Position numbers and translations under genes: made by a program. A stretch of 64,000 nucleotides of DNA from Octopus vulgaris (taxonomy: Eukaryota). Positions 41,845 to 56,785 of the stretch are shown in pieces (within the stretch, counting starts at the first letter, position 1; each line of letters starts with the position of its first letter). Location: NCBI GenBank assembly GCA_951406725.2, contig OX597825.1:29326001-29390000 (forward strand), given 5' to 3'. The notes beneath the pieces are model-generated. The model was not told the DNA's origin and searched no databases. It saw only the letters and a list, made by a program, of their open reading frames with translations.

Positions 41845-42390
41845 GATAATGATGATGACAATGATGATGATGATAATGATGATGATGATGATGATGATAG
41901 TATCAATGGTGATAATGATGACAATGAGAATGATGATGATGATGATGGTGACAATGGTGATGAGGATGACAATGAGAATGATGATGATGATGATGATGGT
42001 GACAATGGTGATAATGATGACAATGAGAATGATGATGATGATGGTGACAATGGTGATGAGGATGACAATGAGAATGATGGTGATGATGGTGGTGGTGGTG
42101 ATGATGATGACGATGATGATGATGATAATGATGATAATGATGCTGGTGACAATTGCGATGATGATGACATTGACAATGATGACGATGACGACGACGACGA
42201 CGACGATGATGATGATGAGGATGACAGTGGCGATGATGATGGTGATGATGACAATGACGATGATGATGATGATGGCGATGACGACAACAACGACAGCAAT
42301 GATGGTTGTGGTGATGGTGATGATGATGATGATGATGATGATGATGAGGATGGCGACGACAATGACGACAATGACGATGATAACAATAAT
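41845..42390. repeat. degenerate (GAT)n array with internal higher-order repeats
   Basis: gatgacaatgagaatgat recurs four times. Confidence 0.9.
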
Positions 42391-43160
42391 TTCATTGTTG
42401 AATAATAAAATAAATTTAAGGAAATAGTAATTTTCTCCTCTGAGAATTGGATTATACAGATAAGCTCAAATGATATTTCCATCATAATAAATAAATAAAA
42501 TCCATAATTAAAAATAAATAAACAAATAAAATGATACAAAATAAAATGTGTTTCTAGAATAATAATATTTATTTTATTTCATTTTTTTTTTCATTTATTT
42601 ATTTATTCATAGCTTTTTTGCACCCATAAATATTGCGGATGTGCTTAAAATCCTCTAATTTATCATATCCGTTTTCCATCATATTTGGTGAGCAGCAGAG
42701 AGATTTTTGTCTGAAAAAAAAGAAAAAAATATATAAAGTTTGGTTTCCTGTGATGTTGTTGGCCATCAATTAATGAGGATTTATTCTTCGATCTTTCTCA
42801 GTTACCATTTAGCGAGTTAATCAGACACCAACAACAGTCTGCTGTATTTGTCTATACTGATTAATTACCAATAACCACACACACACACTCATACACTTAC
42901 ACACACTCATACACACACACAGACACAAATACACACATACAAACACACACACACTGCACACAAACACACACACACTCTCCTACATATATGTGTGTATATG
43001 TGTGTTTGTGTATATATATATAAATATATGTACATACAAACATGCATACATGAATAAATACATACATATGTATGTGTGCATATATATATATATATATATA
43101 TAATACACACTTACATGCATACATATATAAATACATGTATATATACATGTGTGTGTGTGT

Positions 43161-43210
<50 letters not shown>

Positions 43211-43293
43211 CATGCTTACATACATGCATACGTATATAAATACATGTATATATATGTGTGTGCGTGTGTATAGATATATATGTATGTATATAG

Positions 43294-43383
<90 letters not shown>

Positions 43384-44308
43384 GTGTGTGTATGTGTCTG
43401 TGTGTGTGTAGTACATATGCATATGAATCTAATATGCTGAACATTTAAATAAGCTTGGAAATGACTGGATGTATTAGTGTTAACTATTGTAATGGAGCTG
43501 AAATTCATAATTAATGGTGAAATCATTATAGCTGTTTAGCCTCCTTCCAGTTTACCAATATGTACATATGTGTGTGTGTGTATATAATATACACATACAT
43601 GCATATAGAACCAGGCATACCCATACAGACATACATAGATACATGCATATTACTGTATGCAAAATCAGGTGAGCATCGATGACAAGAAGGGCATCCAGCC
43701 ATAGAAAACCTGCCTCAATGAAATTTCATTTGGCCCTTGTTAGCAAGGAAGAAATGGTTGTGGAAACGATGGTGGTGGTGGTGGTAGTGGTGGTGGTGGT
43801 GGTGGTGATGATGATGATGATGAGGAGGAGGAGGAGGAGGAGGAGGAGGAGGAGGACGATCATACATATGTATACATATGGGATGGAATTTGTACAGTTT
43901 CTAGTTACTTTGATTCTGTTCAAAGAAACGGTCAGCCTCAGGTTATAGTACGAGACCCTTGATCAAGGCAGAACACAGTGGGACTGAAAGCAGAACCGAA
44001 TGGTTTCTGAAGCAGCTGTTTTCTTCAATGCGGCCACACTATCTGCAACTATGTTCTAGTAGCAAATCATTGTTGACAGTCAAATAAATATCTGTCTCTA
44101 TAGCTAACGTTAGTACAAACTAATGAAACACCTATATCTGTCTAGCAATCTCTTTCTGAAACCCCATTATTTTCTGGCTTTTTCTCGTTACTTTATAGCT
44201 GTGTTTAATTGAGAAACTGGTTTGTTTTAACTCTATGATTTTCTCTGTAATTATCTGTCTGTCTATCTGTCTATCTATTTATCTATCTATCAATCTATCT
44301 ATCTCCCC

Positions 44309-44343
<35 letters not shown>

Positions 44344-45385
44344 ATCTATCTATGTATCTGTCTATCTATCAATCTATTTGTTTGCATTTCTGGTTCGCCC
44401 TCTATGTAACCAGCCTATAACCAACCAAGCTACTTACCCACCCATACATATGAAGACATAAATACAAACACTTGTGTGTGACTCCTGTACTTCTTTTATA
44501 TAATAAACATCAAGTTTAGTTAAGCCTCTGTCTGTGTTAATATTTCAAAGAAGCTTGTCATACAAGTCTTTTGATGAACTGATATATTTCAGATCAAAAT
44601 TGCTTTACCATTCTTCACTATTTTCTATAGTATCTTGATTTATTTTCCCATCTACATTCATAAGTTGGCTTCTTTTTTTTCTTTCCTAAATCTGAATTGC
44701 CAGTGTTTAGACATTAAGACTTTGGTTTAGCATCTGAGAAAACTGAATAAGAAAACAAAACAGATGCTGTTTAGAAATTAGCCTTTTATGATAGAAATTA
44801 CTTTGGAATTAATTTATTTGTATAAGCATAAAAGAAAAAAAATATTTTTGAAGCTATAAAGATTTTGCTATAAACGTTCTGTTCCCTCTTTCCCCATTTT
44901 TCTGGAACATCCTGTGAAATATGTGATTTTTAAGGATTATAAAAATACCCCACATCTAACAGGGTAAATTTTGTATTTTTGTTCAGTTCAAAGAATACTT
45001 AGCCGCAATTTGAATAAATGTTTTGATTTATGAGTTCCTTATCTTCTTTAACATAACCAGCATAACATTTTCAAAGCAAGGATTTTATATGTTTGGAAAT
45101 GTTAGATAAATATATAAAGACAGACATACTGAAAGAATAAAACCGTTTGCAAAAAACCTTAGAAATTCTTAAAAGCAGTGTTTAGCACCAATTTCACACT
45201 CCTAATGATAGATTTCTCCTTTTGCATAGGAAACCAGCATATTGCAAGCAACATTTCCAGGATATTTGATATTTATTCTTGACAGCTAAATTAACCATCT
45301 AAAGTGGTACCCTGCTTCCCAAATGCTTAGTTGGATACTTGAAGGAAAATTGAAATCACAAATGCTCTCCCTAATGTCAACCCCT

Positions 45386-45613
45386 TTAACCCTTTAAATT
45401 TTAAACCGGCCATATCCAGCCCAAATGGTCTACCTGTTTTATGTTCAAACTGGCCAGATCCAGTCTCTCCCACCTACCCTACAATGTCATTCTAAAATTA
45501 AATGATTACATCTTCAAAATCTTGAAGCTACAAGATAATACGTGATTAATTTTTTTAAATATGGATACATATACATTACATTTAATAAATTAATCTGAAT
45601 GCTAAAGGATTAA
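45386..45613 (+). mobile_element. piggyBac-type MITE, family 2
   Basis: TTAA-cccttta ... gctaaagga-TTAA, about 225 bp, internal sequence unrelated to family 1. Confidence 0.65.
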
Positions 45614-45837
45614 AGAATGTACTGGGTGCTTTTCTACATTACAGACCCTTCAGCTGGGTCTATTACATCAACCCCAGTGGCCAAGTGATACTTATTGAAT
45701 CTGAAAGGATGAAGGACAAAATTGGCCTCAAAATTGGAACTCTGAATGTAGGAACAGATGAAATGCCACTAAGCATTTTGCTCACAGCATGCTAACAATT
45801 CTGCCACTTCAATAATAATAATAGTAATAATAATGAT

Positions 45838-46050
45838 AACCATCCAATCTGAAAAAAACATCTGGAAACTTTAGAAATACCCTGCAATCTAGTTGTATTG
45901 CAAAAGTCAGCATTACTTGGAACTGCACGCATATTGCATAAAGTACTGTCAGTCTGAGGTCCTTGCTGTGACTTGACAAACAGTACAAACCCCCGGTAGA
46001 CACAGTATCTTCAATCAACAACCTAACAATATTGTATACTGTGTGAATTT

Positions 46051-46052
<2 letters not shown>
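45838..46052 (+). mobile_element. R4/Dong-like 3' end in (TAA)n
   Basis: PSNLKKHLETLEIPCNLVVLQKSALLGTARILHKVLSV*, then short UTR and (TAA)n. Confidence 0.75.
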
Positions 46053-46112
<60 letters not shown>

Positions 46113-46134
46113 TAATAATAATAACAATGATGAT

Positions 46135-46326
46135 AAACCAAAACACTAAGACTTAGAAATATATATAACATACAGAAGATAGCACTGCTAGGCACCACAC
46201 ACATCTTACGTACGGCACATTCAATACAATGAATATAGCAGCACCAAAGCAAAGCACAGTACGTACGCAAGGCACACAGAGCTTTGCTCAGTAGTACAGT
46301 GAAAGCACATGATAAAAATGAGACTA

Positions 46327-46332
<6 letters not shown>
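46135..46332 (+). mobile_element. second R4/Dong-like 3' end in the same (TAA)n array
   Basis: NIYNIQKIALLGTTHILRTAHSIQ*, then UTR and (TAA)n. Confidence 0.7.
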
Positions 46333-46379
<47 letters not shown>

Positions 46380-46395
46380 TAATAATGACGATAAC

Positions 46396-46431
<36 letters not shown>

Positions 46432-46705
46432 TATATATATACTTACAGATGATGTTTTATGAGTAATTATCAAAAGATAATTGAGATAAAGAATCCATAA
46501 AGAATTTTGTAAATAACATAAAAATATAAAGGCAGCTGCTGTTACTATTTTTTAATTTTAAAGATAATTAAATATTCATATAAAATTTAGTAATAGAATA
46601 AATATTCAGTTCCCAAAAGGACAGCATTTTGACAATGCAGTGATGTTTTTGTTGAAATAATGTTTAATAGTGCATTGCTACTAAAGTTGCTTACAATTTT
46701 TTTAA

Positions 46706-47038
46706 ACGTGGACATATTTACAAAGTAAGAAAACAGCACAGCTCCCATGACTTCAGGAAACATTTTTTCACGCTGAGAGTTGCTGAATCATGGAACAAAC
46801 TGCCGGCATCAGTTGTTAGTTGTTGGAGCACTGCATCCTTCAAAACTTCCATGCTTCCTGAGATTTGCCAACACTACACTTGATTTTCTCCCCTCCATAC
46901 ACACACAAGCATGTATCTGACTCATACATTGTTCGCTTTCCAGACATTTCTACATTACTGCATGTACTTTATATGCACTTTCTGACAAGTTGTGGTGCAC
47001 CTGAGCACTGTATACAATAATTTCATTATTATTATTAT
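46706..47038 (+). mobile_element. CR1 3' fragment, same family as 23290-23850
   Basis: RGHIYKVRKQHSSHDFRKHFFTLRVAESWNKLPASVV; near-identical 3' UTR. Confidence 0.85.
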
Positions 47039-47354
47039 AACATGTGTTAATAACAAGATTAAGAAATTGTTACTGTACGTATGGTTAATTTAAGTATGGA
47101 AGTACTGGTGTTAGAAAGGGTGTGCAAACTATGGAATCCTTGCGAAAGTACCAAAATAAAATGTGTGAGCAAGACATTGCTTCTGTCAGCTCTTGGAGGG
47201 TTGTAGCTTCAAAAGATCTGACTCATTTAGACCAGCCGTACTAGCATGGAAAGTAGATATAAAGTGATGATGATGATGATGATGATGAGAAGGATGATGA
47301 CGATGATGACGATGATGATGATGATGAGGAGGAGGAGAAAGATGTTCTAATGAT

Positions 47355-47715
47355 TTGACTGTGGCCATGCTGGGGCACTACCTTGAAGAGGTAGTGCCTA
47401 ACCTGAACAAATTGACTCCAGTGATTATTTTTATAAAAATTTATTCTGTTCAGTCTCCGTTGCCAAACAGCAAAGTTATAGGGATGTCAACAAAGAAACT
47501 ACGGTTGTCAAGCATTGGGATGCAAACACAGACACAAAGAAACACACACACACACACACATACAGATATATACCCACTGGGCTTCCCCACAGTTTCCATC
47601 GATTAATTTCACTCACTCACAAGGCCTTGGTTAGCCTGAGGTTATATAGCAGAAAACCCTTACCCTAAATGCTGTGCCGTGGAACTGAACTCGAAACCAC
47701 ATAGCCACAAAGCAA
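47355..47715 (-). mobile_element. diverged CORE SINE of the 26918 family
   Basis: reverse complement of head, CORE and gctccagcatggc tail. Confidence 0.7.
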
Positions 47716-48110
47716 ACTGGGACCCACTTTGATTCACGCCTCACAAACATTACTCCTTACATACGCTTTCTAACCAGATTCAAGACAAAGTGACGGTCAC
47801 TTCCATGCTGTCATTGTTCTTTATATCTTGTTTGAAGATGGAATCTTCTAAAGTAAACGAACATCTCTTAACGGTTATCTGAGTTTCATTCTTGTATTTG
47901 TCACTGTTTAAACTTCTTTCTTTTCATGTCTGGTTTCAGTCATTCTTTGTTTTCCTATTCAAATACCTGTTGTCCTCTTTTTTTATTTTTTCCTTTTTAA
48001 GTCTGACAGTTTCACTTCTTTTTTATATTTAGTTTTAAGACATCATATCCCTGTTGGTGCTGTGCACAGTTCATTGCTCTCTGTCTCTAACATGCATACT
48101 CACATATACA

Positions 48111-48169
<59 letters not shown>

Positions 48170-50264
48170 CTGTCAGGCTTTACATCTTTCTGCTCTTTGT
48201 CTATTTTTTTTCTTTTGCTCGGTCACTCTTCAGTTTCTTTCTCTCTCTCTCTCACTCACTCTCACTCTCTCACTCTCTTCTCATTTCTCTATTCAGTCCG
48301 TAGAAATGTCTTTCTAAATAAAGCTTTGAATATGTCAAATGTAGAAACCTAAAAATATTAGAAATCAACATTTTTTTCTTATTCTTTTAATCCAAATTTT
48401 GGAATAATACATTTCATAAATCTTTTTTCGTTAAACATCTCATCTTAAAAACTCGCAAATTAATTTGTGATATGGCTCTTGTGCTGGTGTGCAGGTGACA
48501 CATAGAACAAAAAAAAAGAAGACTTTTTTGTGGCCGTTGCCAGTACCACCTGACTGCCCCTCGTGCTGGTGGCTCATAAAAGCACCCACTACACTCTCGG
48601 AGTGGTTAGCGTTAGGAAGGGCATCCAGCTGTAGAAACTCTGCCAGATCAAGACTGGAGCCTGGTGCAGCCATCTGGTTCACCAGTCCTCAGTCAAATCG
48701 TCCAACCCATGCTAGCATGGAAAGCAGACGTTAAACAATGATGATGATGATGAAGATGGCTACACAGCCTCAAATGAGAAGAAAGTGTGCATCTGATTAG
48801 ATCAACCTCAACAATAATACCTTACTAACGCTTTATTTTTATTTCATCAATCCTGGAAAGATGGAAAGGTGATGCAAGATTTGAACATCGAATGTAAATG
48901 TACACAATTTATATTGCTTTCAAAATTTTGGCACAAAGCCAGCAATTTTGTGGGAAGGATAAGTTGATTATATCGCTCCCACTGGTTCTTATTTTATTTA
49001 TCCCTACCAGATGAAAATCAAAGTCAATCTTGGTGGAATTTGAACTCAGGACACAAAGATGGATGCTGCAGAACATTTTAGTTGAAATGGAAATAATTCA
49101 GTCAACTTATTGCTTTGGACACACAATTTAATATTGGAAAGCATTCTGTCTGCAATTTCGACATTACCCAACCAAGACGATAATTATTCAATTCCTTTCA
49201 ATAGCAATAGATGAAGTAATAAAATAAAATTACAGCTAATATTCTCAACAAGAGACTCAGTGAAATCTCTGCAGCAACTTTACATAGACACTCAAACCTT
49301 TCCATCATTGGAACTGTCTTCTCAGTCAGTCTCTTACAAGTATTCTATGATGTAACTCTCTTAATTAAATGCTCTCTTTTGTCTTCGTCATGGATGGCAC
49401 ATTGGCCTTTGTCCCATTGTCTTCTAATCTTACTTAATGTTTCGAGTATGTGCTTCAGTGAAAGAACCAAGAAAATATTAAATGGGATTGACAGTAGAAT
49501 GCTGAATCTCATCAACTCAAATATTGTTGTACACAGTTTTGAAGAAGTTGATGAGGTAAATACACACACACACACATACACACACACACATGCACACACA
49601 CACACACATTTGTATGTATGTACGTATGTATATATGTACATATATATCATCATTTAACAACCATTTCCATGTTGGCATGAGTAGGACGGTTTGACAGGAA
49701 CTAGCAAGTCAGAAGGCAGCACCAAGTTTTGCTGTTTGTTTTGGCATGGTTTCCATGGTTGAATACTCTTCCTAATGCTAACCCCTTTACAGAGTGTACT
49801 GGGTGCTTTTCTGCATTGCAGCACTAGCAGCAATGATGTCACCAAGTCACTTGCAGGAGAAGGCCCTTCAACTGGAGTGGGGTATGGAAATAGCACCGAG
49901 GGACAGACAAGGTACTTTGCATTAGAAAAAAAACATAACTAGTCGAGATGGAGAGAGAGAAGAGAGAGGGATGGTGAGGATGTGACAGGGAGAAGGAAGG
50001 GGACCTACCCCCACCGAGTTGTAAGCTGGGGGTATATAGCAATGTGGACCAGGAATTGGAGAGGGTGAGTTGGTGTGTAAGGCTATGTGGCTCAGAAGTT
50101 CACTTCCCAGTGACATGGTTTCAGGTTTAATTGCATGACTTCTTGCATGACTTCTTGGACAAGTGTCTTTGTCTAGAGCTCAGGGCTGACCAAAACCTTT
50201 CAGTTTCTGTCAACCAAATACACTCACATGGTTTTGGTCAGCCCTGAGCTCTAGACAAAGACAG

Positions 50265-50848
<584 letters not shown>

Positions 50849-52196
50849 ACTGATGGGATGCAGAATGTTTTGCTTGGTCTGAGAGCAAGGTAACTTAACC
50901 AGAGTGATTACTGAAGAGTAGCAGTGATAGGATGACCAGCATTGACCTATCAGTTGGTTATCTCTTATGCTATTGACTTAAATATCACATATTTATACTC
51001 ATCCCAAATTACTGAACATTATTATGCATCATTTCTGCGTTTATCAGTTTATGAACTATGCATATATACTGAATATTATTATTTATTGTTAAAAATTACC
51101 ACATATATTCAGAATCAAAATGGCAAGTGGCTCTCTATGGCTATAGAGCTTTCAACTACTGTTCTTTTCTTTAAACTGCATAATGCATGTCTTTCACTGC
51201 CGCTTTTGAACATAGATTGAAGTCTGAAGTGTATGAAATTATTCTGTATTTTATGATACTTGCTTTAAATTACAAAATAGTTTGATGTCTATTCAAAGAA
51301 CATAAATACAACCTTGGAGTATTTTAACCAAAGACTCATATCAGCATGTACATATTAACATATTGCATACGGAAAAAAGGCACATTTGGCGTAGCATAAT
51401 GTATTGAATACATGCATGTATTATAAAGGAGTCATATCTGCAGTTGTATATATGTGGTTGTATGTGTTGTGTTTGTGTAGGGGAAAATGTTAGCTGAAAT
51501 TATTTATGTCCAGGGAACTACTTCTGCTAATTTTTTATTTTTGGTTATTTTTAATGTTTGTTTGTTTTGTGTTGTATTATTCAAACATTAAATTGAAGAG
51601 CAAATATATGGTCCACTAAATATTGGAACTTGAAAGTTTTGTGTAAATATTTTAATGAATTCAGGGGAAAAAAAATAAGGAAAGAAAACAAGAAAATAGA
51701 AATAAATAATAAAACATAAAAAATAAAGTAATCCCAAAATATATATGCCTACATACATATCATCAACATCATCATCATCATCATCATTTAATGTCTGCTT
51801 TCCATACTAGCATGGGTTGGACAGATGTGTATATATATATATATATATACATACATATATATATACAACATATATATATAAATATATATATTGTGTATAT
51901 ATACATACATGTCTATATATATACATATATATGTATAAATATACATATGCGTATATGTATATATATATGTACATATGTGTATATGTACATATATATATAT
52001 ATATATATTTCTGTATGATTATATATGTATATGTAAATATTATATTTACATATACATATATATACATACATATTTATGCACATATATATATATGTGCGTG
52101 TATATATATATATATTTTGTATGATTATATATGTATATGTAAATATAATATATACATGCATGTATATATACATACATGCATCTATATATACATACA

Positions 52197-52269
<73 letters not shown>

Positions 52270-52954
52270 ATGTATATGTATATATATATATATATATATT
52301 ATTTACTCTCACTCCTCCTCCCTGCAAAAAAAAAAATGGTGAAGCCAAGTGAAATGGAGTGAAGTGAAGCTCTATGCCAAAGCATACATGTAGAAATAAA
52401 CAGAACCGACACTTCTATGAGCCAGTGGACATGGTTTGCCGTTCTTCTTTATGGTATGAAGGTTTGTCTGAGTAATAATTGATACGATCTGGATGTAAGT
52501 GTCTATTAGAATTATTGGCAACAATGCGTCTTTCATCAAAACGGGAAGATTTAAAAATATATCTTTCCAGTTAATTTCCCTTGAGCCCTTACCTTTCTTT
52601 GTCTTTATTCCCCCCCCACCTCCCGCAAAGTGTTAATTTCATTTTGTTTCATGATTCTACTGCTGTTTCTTTCTTGATAATTAGTTTTCATTCTATTTCT
52701 TTTCTTATATATTTTAATTCCTTTCTTTTTACTTATTAGTATGTTTTTGTTTTTTTTTTATAGTTTTCTTTCTATTGCTTGTTATGCTTTGTCATTAAAA
52801 TGTGCAATTAGTAATTATGTAAACTAGAATAAATACATATATAATATATATATCTTTCTGTACAAGTACCTAAATTTATACATACACACACACACACATA
52901 CATTTATATATACATACACATTTATATATACATACACATTTATATATATATAAA

Positions 52955-53165
52955 ATGTGACCGCATGTTTACCATTGACGATTTTTTTCCTCCGTCTTCC
53001 CTTCGCTGGATCTTTTCTTTTCCTATGTTTCTGACGAAGAGCTCCACTCGTAACATAAAACCCCCCTTCTTCCCTTCCTTCCTGAGCATCCAATAATACT
53101 ATATTTGTTCCACGTCCTCGCATTGTTGTGTTTTCTCTTTGTGTTTTCGTGTTTGGATTAACTAT
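52955..53165 (+). mobile_element. short Penelope-like fragment with hammerhead-like motif, in (TA)n
   Basis: gttt-CTGACGA-a-gagc tcc actc-GTAA-ca-TA-aaac (53027-53061). Confidence 0.55.
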
Positions 53166-53170
53166 ATATA

Positions 53171-53248
<78 letters not shown>

Positions 53249-53419
53249 TATATATATATCACATACATGGTTCACATGAAAGTTTCTTTATGTTACAACT
53301 GTTAAGTATCATCTGTTGGTACTTTATACTGTTAAAACTCAGGATGGTGGATCACTATCATCCTTAATGTATCTGGAAAAAACACCTTGTAATGTTTGCT
53401 CTCGCTTTTCTATATCCTG

Positions 53420-54060
53420 AGGTCAACTTTGCCTATTACCTTTTTGGGGGATTGATATAATAAAGTGCCAATTAAGTATTAGGTTCAATGGTATTGACTA
53501 AGCCTTTCCCTTCAAAATTGCTGGCCTTGTGTCTTAATTAGAAACAGTTATTAGGGGTCAATAAAATAAATACCAGTTGATTGCTGGAGATCGATGTAAT
53601 CAACTCACTCATCCCGCCAAAATTGCTAGCCTTGTGCCAAAATTTGAAATCAATATTAAAGGTAGCAGAATGGTGGACAATGCTTGTATCTCATTACATT
53701 CTAAGTTCAAATTCTACTCTGGTTGATTATTTTTCCCCCTCACATCCTTCTAGAGTTACTAAATCAAGTACAAGTACTCAATTACTAATGCTGATTTATT
53801 CAACCGTACCTTCTAATAATATATGGCCCTTTGCTAAGGTTGAAAATAATCCTTTCATTTGTAGGTGGCCCAAGACTTGAAATTTTGTTGGAGGGGGCTA
53901 GTTGATAACATCGATCCCAGTACTCAACTGGTACTTATTTCCTTGGCCTTGAAAGGATGAAAGGCAAAGTTGACTTCAGCAGAAATTGAACTCAGAATGT
54001 ATCGACAGATAAAAAGCAACTAAGCATTTTGTCCAGCATACTAAAGATTCTGCCAGTACA
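53420..54060. mobile_element. cluster of diverged Meta-like SINEs in both orientations
   Basis: plus copies about 53420-53850, minus copy about 53865-54060. Confidence 0.7.
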
Positions 54061-54366
54061 CTCCCTTCATGTTACAAATAATAATAATAGTTATTATTAA
54101 CATTGAAATTCCATTGAGACATTTTTACCTTATTTATACTGGCATCTTATTGAAGGACAGTTTGTCTCTCTTTGTAACTGAAGATATGTTAAAAGCTCAG
54201 TGGATTAAATCAACCCCACCCAGTATTAATTAGTATTAATTATTATTTTAAGGCCAGTACTTATTCTGTCTGTTGTTATATTTGCCAAACTTTCAAGTTA
54301 TAAGAATACAAACAAACACTAATTGTGAACTGGTGTTATATGAAGGCAATATAGATTGAAAAAAGC

Positions 54367-54969
54367 TTTACTCATAAGTCACTTGAAAACCCGGGAGTAT
54401 AATACAAGACACTTATGCATGATTCTTCACAGCTGGGATGAACCTGAAACTACCTGGTATCAAAGCAGATTTCTTGATCAATCATATTTACTCATAAGTC
54501 ACTTGAAAACCCAGGGGTATAATACAAGACACTTAGGCATGATTCCTCGCAGCTGGGATGAACCTGAAACTACCTGGTATCAAAGCAGATTTCTTGATCA
54601 ATCATATTTACTCATAAGTCACTTGAAAACCCAGGGGTATAATACAAGACACTTATGGCATGATTCCTCGCAGCTGGGATGAACCTGAAACTACCTGGTA
54701 TCAAAGCAGATTTCTTGATCAATCATATTTACTCATAAGTCACTTGAAAACCCAGGGGTATAATACAAGACACTTATGCATGATTCCTCACAGCTGGGAT
54801 GAACCTGAAACTACCTGGTATCAAAGCAGATTTCTTGATCAATCATATTTACTCATAAGTCACTTGAAAACCCAGGGGTATAATACAAGACACTTAGGCA
54901 TGATTCCTCGCAGCTGGGATGAACCTGAAACTATCTGGTACCAAAGCAGATTTCTTGATCACACAGCCA
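54367..54969. repeat. 120-bp tandem repeat x5 derived from a CORE-SINE head
   Basis: units start at 54367, 54487, 54607, 54728, 54848; the last ends ttcttgatcacacagcca, like the reverse complement of the SINE 5' end. Confidence 0.9.
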
Positions 54970-56263
54970 AGGTCTCTACAAAAATTGGCGGTCTCTTTAT
55001 ACATTGGTTATTCAATTGTTTACAGTACAAGAAAAATGCTTTAACTTGGTTCAATAATCTACTGGTTTTGATCTTCTAATACTGAGTCATCATTCTGTTA
55101 TAATGTAGAGGCAGATAACTTAATGTTGTTATTGTCAACATTGAGTAGCCCTAATCACTTGCATTGATGTACAGCTAACCATTAAGTTTTGTTACTAATA
55201 ACTGATGCTAACGCGTTACAGTACAAATTTTATGTTACTTCATGAATTATAAAATCGTTATATACCCACCCCTGTTCATCATAACCAATTTTCTTTTTTC
55301 TATGTCGGTTAGTTTATCTCTTCTATATTTACATACACTGTAATAAATAAATGGAACAAAAACTTATTTTCATTAATTCACTTGGTAATCACTACACTAA
55401 CCCTTTAAAAGAAAAATGGAAGTCTTTGAGAAAAGAAATAACAACTAGGCCTGGAAAATTATGTTGCATAAAATATATTGGATATAACATGTGCTTCTAT
55501 TGAACAATCATTATCTTATGCAAACAATGTTGGTCGCTGCCTGAACTGCCTCTCTGTTTCTTGTTCTATCTGCATCTCTTTTGTAAGCTACTTTGTTCTT
55601 TTGTCTAGCAGACATACATGCACACATAACTGACTTTATAATATACAATTTAGAGAACCAGTCAAGTCTATGATTCACAAATAAGAGACATAAATAAGGC
55701 AAGTGTTGATATATTCAGTTGTCTCAGAATAGCTCGGAGTACAAGAGAAATCCATTCACTTGAATGATTTGTTCAATACCATGACTTTAAACCAAAAGTG
55801 GCCTGGTGTGTATATATATATATACAAATTTATCAGCAATTGAGCTGCAGACAAGATATACCAACTGCATGAACCAAAAATATCTCCTTTGATGTTTCTG
55901 GCTCTTTGTTGAAGTTATGTCATTCTGGAGACAAAAATTGATGGAATATTACTTCCTCTTGTCTAAAATATACTTCTGTTACTGACTAAATGTTTTTCCT
56001 AATCTCTTTGGCACTAAAGCAGATGTGAAATATATTTCCTGCTCTTATAAGTGTTTGTCTACATCAGCTAACATTGTCAGATGATCTGATATTTATTCCC
56101 AAGTTATGGGAGCTGCAGAAAAGCAAAATTCAGAACAATGCACCGAGACACTATAAAACTGTCACCAGACTTCAACACAAGACCTTCTATGAGATTGTAA
56201 TACTATGTGCAAGAATCAACTCTACTATTTTATATATCAGCATATTTTTCCATGTATGTTATA

Positions 56264-56523
56264 ATATAATAAATAAATGAGCCCTTTTAAAGCCTAGCCA
56301 GGTTCATGGGCCCGGTTTCCCGGTTTCTATGGCATATGTGTTCCCCAGCTGGATGGGACGCCAGTCCATCGCAACGTTACTCATTTTTGCCAGCTGAGTG
56401 GACTGTACCAACATGAAATTAAGTGCTTTGCTCAAGAACACAATGCGTCGCCCGGTCCAGGAATAGAAACCACAATTTTATGATCATGGTGCTGACACCC
56501 TAACCACTAAGCCATGCACCTCC
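56264..56523 (-). mobile_element. tRNA/CORE SINE with the V-like tail of the 36841 element
   Basis: TSD ccatg(t/a)atgttata at 56250-56263 and 56524-56537. Confidence 0.85.
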
Positions 56524-56785
56524 CCATGAATGTTATATGCCACTGAATTACCATCTTGAGGATCAAAATACTTAGCTATGCATACAGTGTTTAGTACCTT
56601 AACTAAACACTAAGCAAAATACATTTTTTTTTTTGAGTACTAATTTCAGTCTTTCCCTACAGCTATGATGGATCAATGCTATCACCATTGCTAGTGTCTT
56701 TTCTGTCAATGACAGAGTTTTATACTGTAGCTTTGGGTTGTAGTTAGGTTAGAACATGGAGACCATATGAAAAGCAATTTTGTAC

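Noticed and set aside
40876-42405. Poly-Asp ORFs resembling acidic biomineralisation proteins
   Set aside because: Degenerate (GAT)n arrays open in several frames on both strands; no signal peptide or splice support; similar arrays occur at 14 kb and 17 kb.
54367-54969. CRISPR-like array or 40-aa repeat protein
   Set aside because: No unique spacers, eukaryotic context, a frameshift in unit 3, and the unit derives from a SINE.
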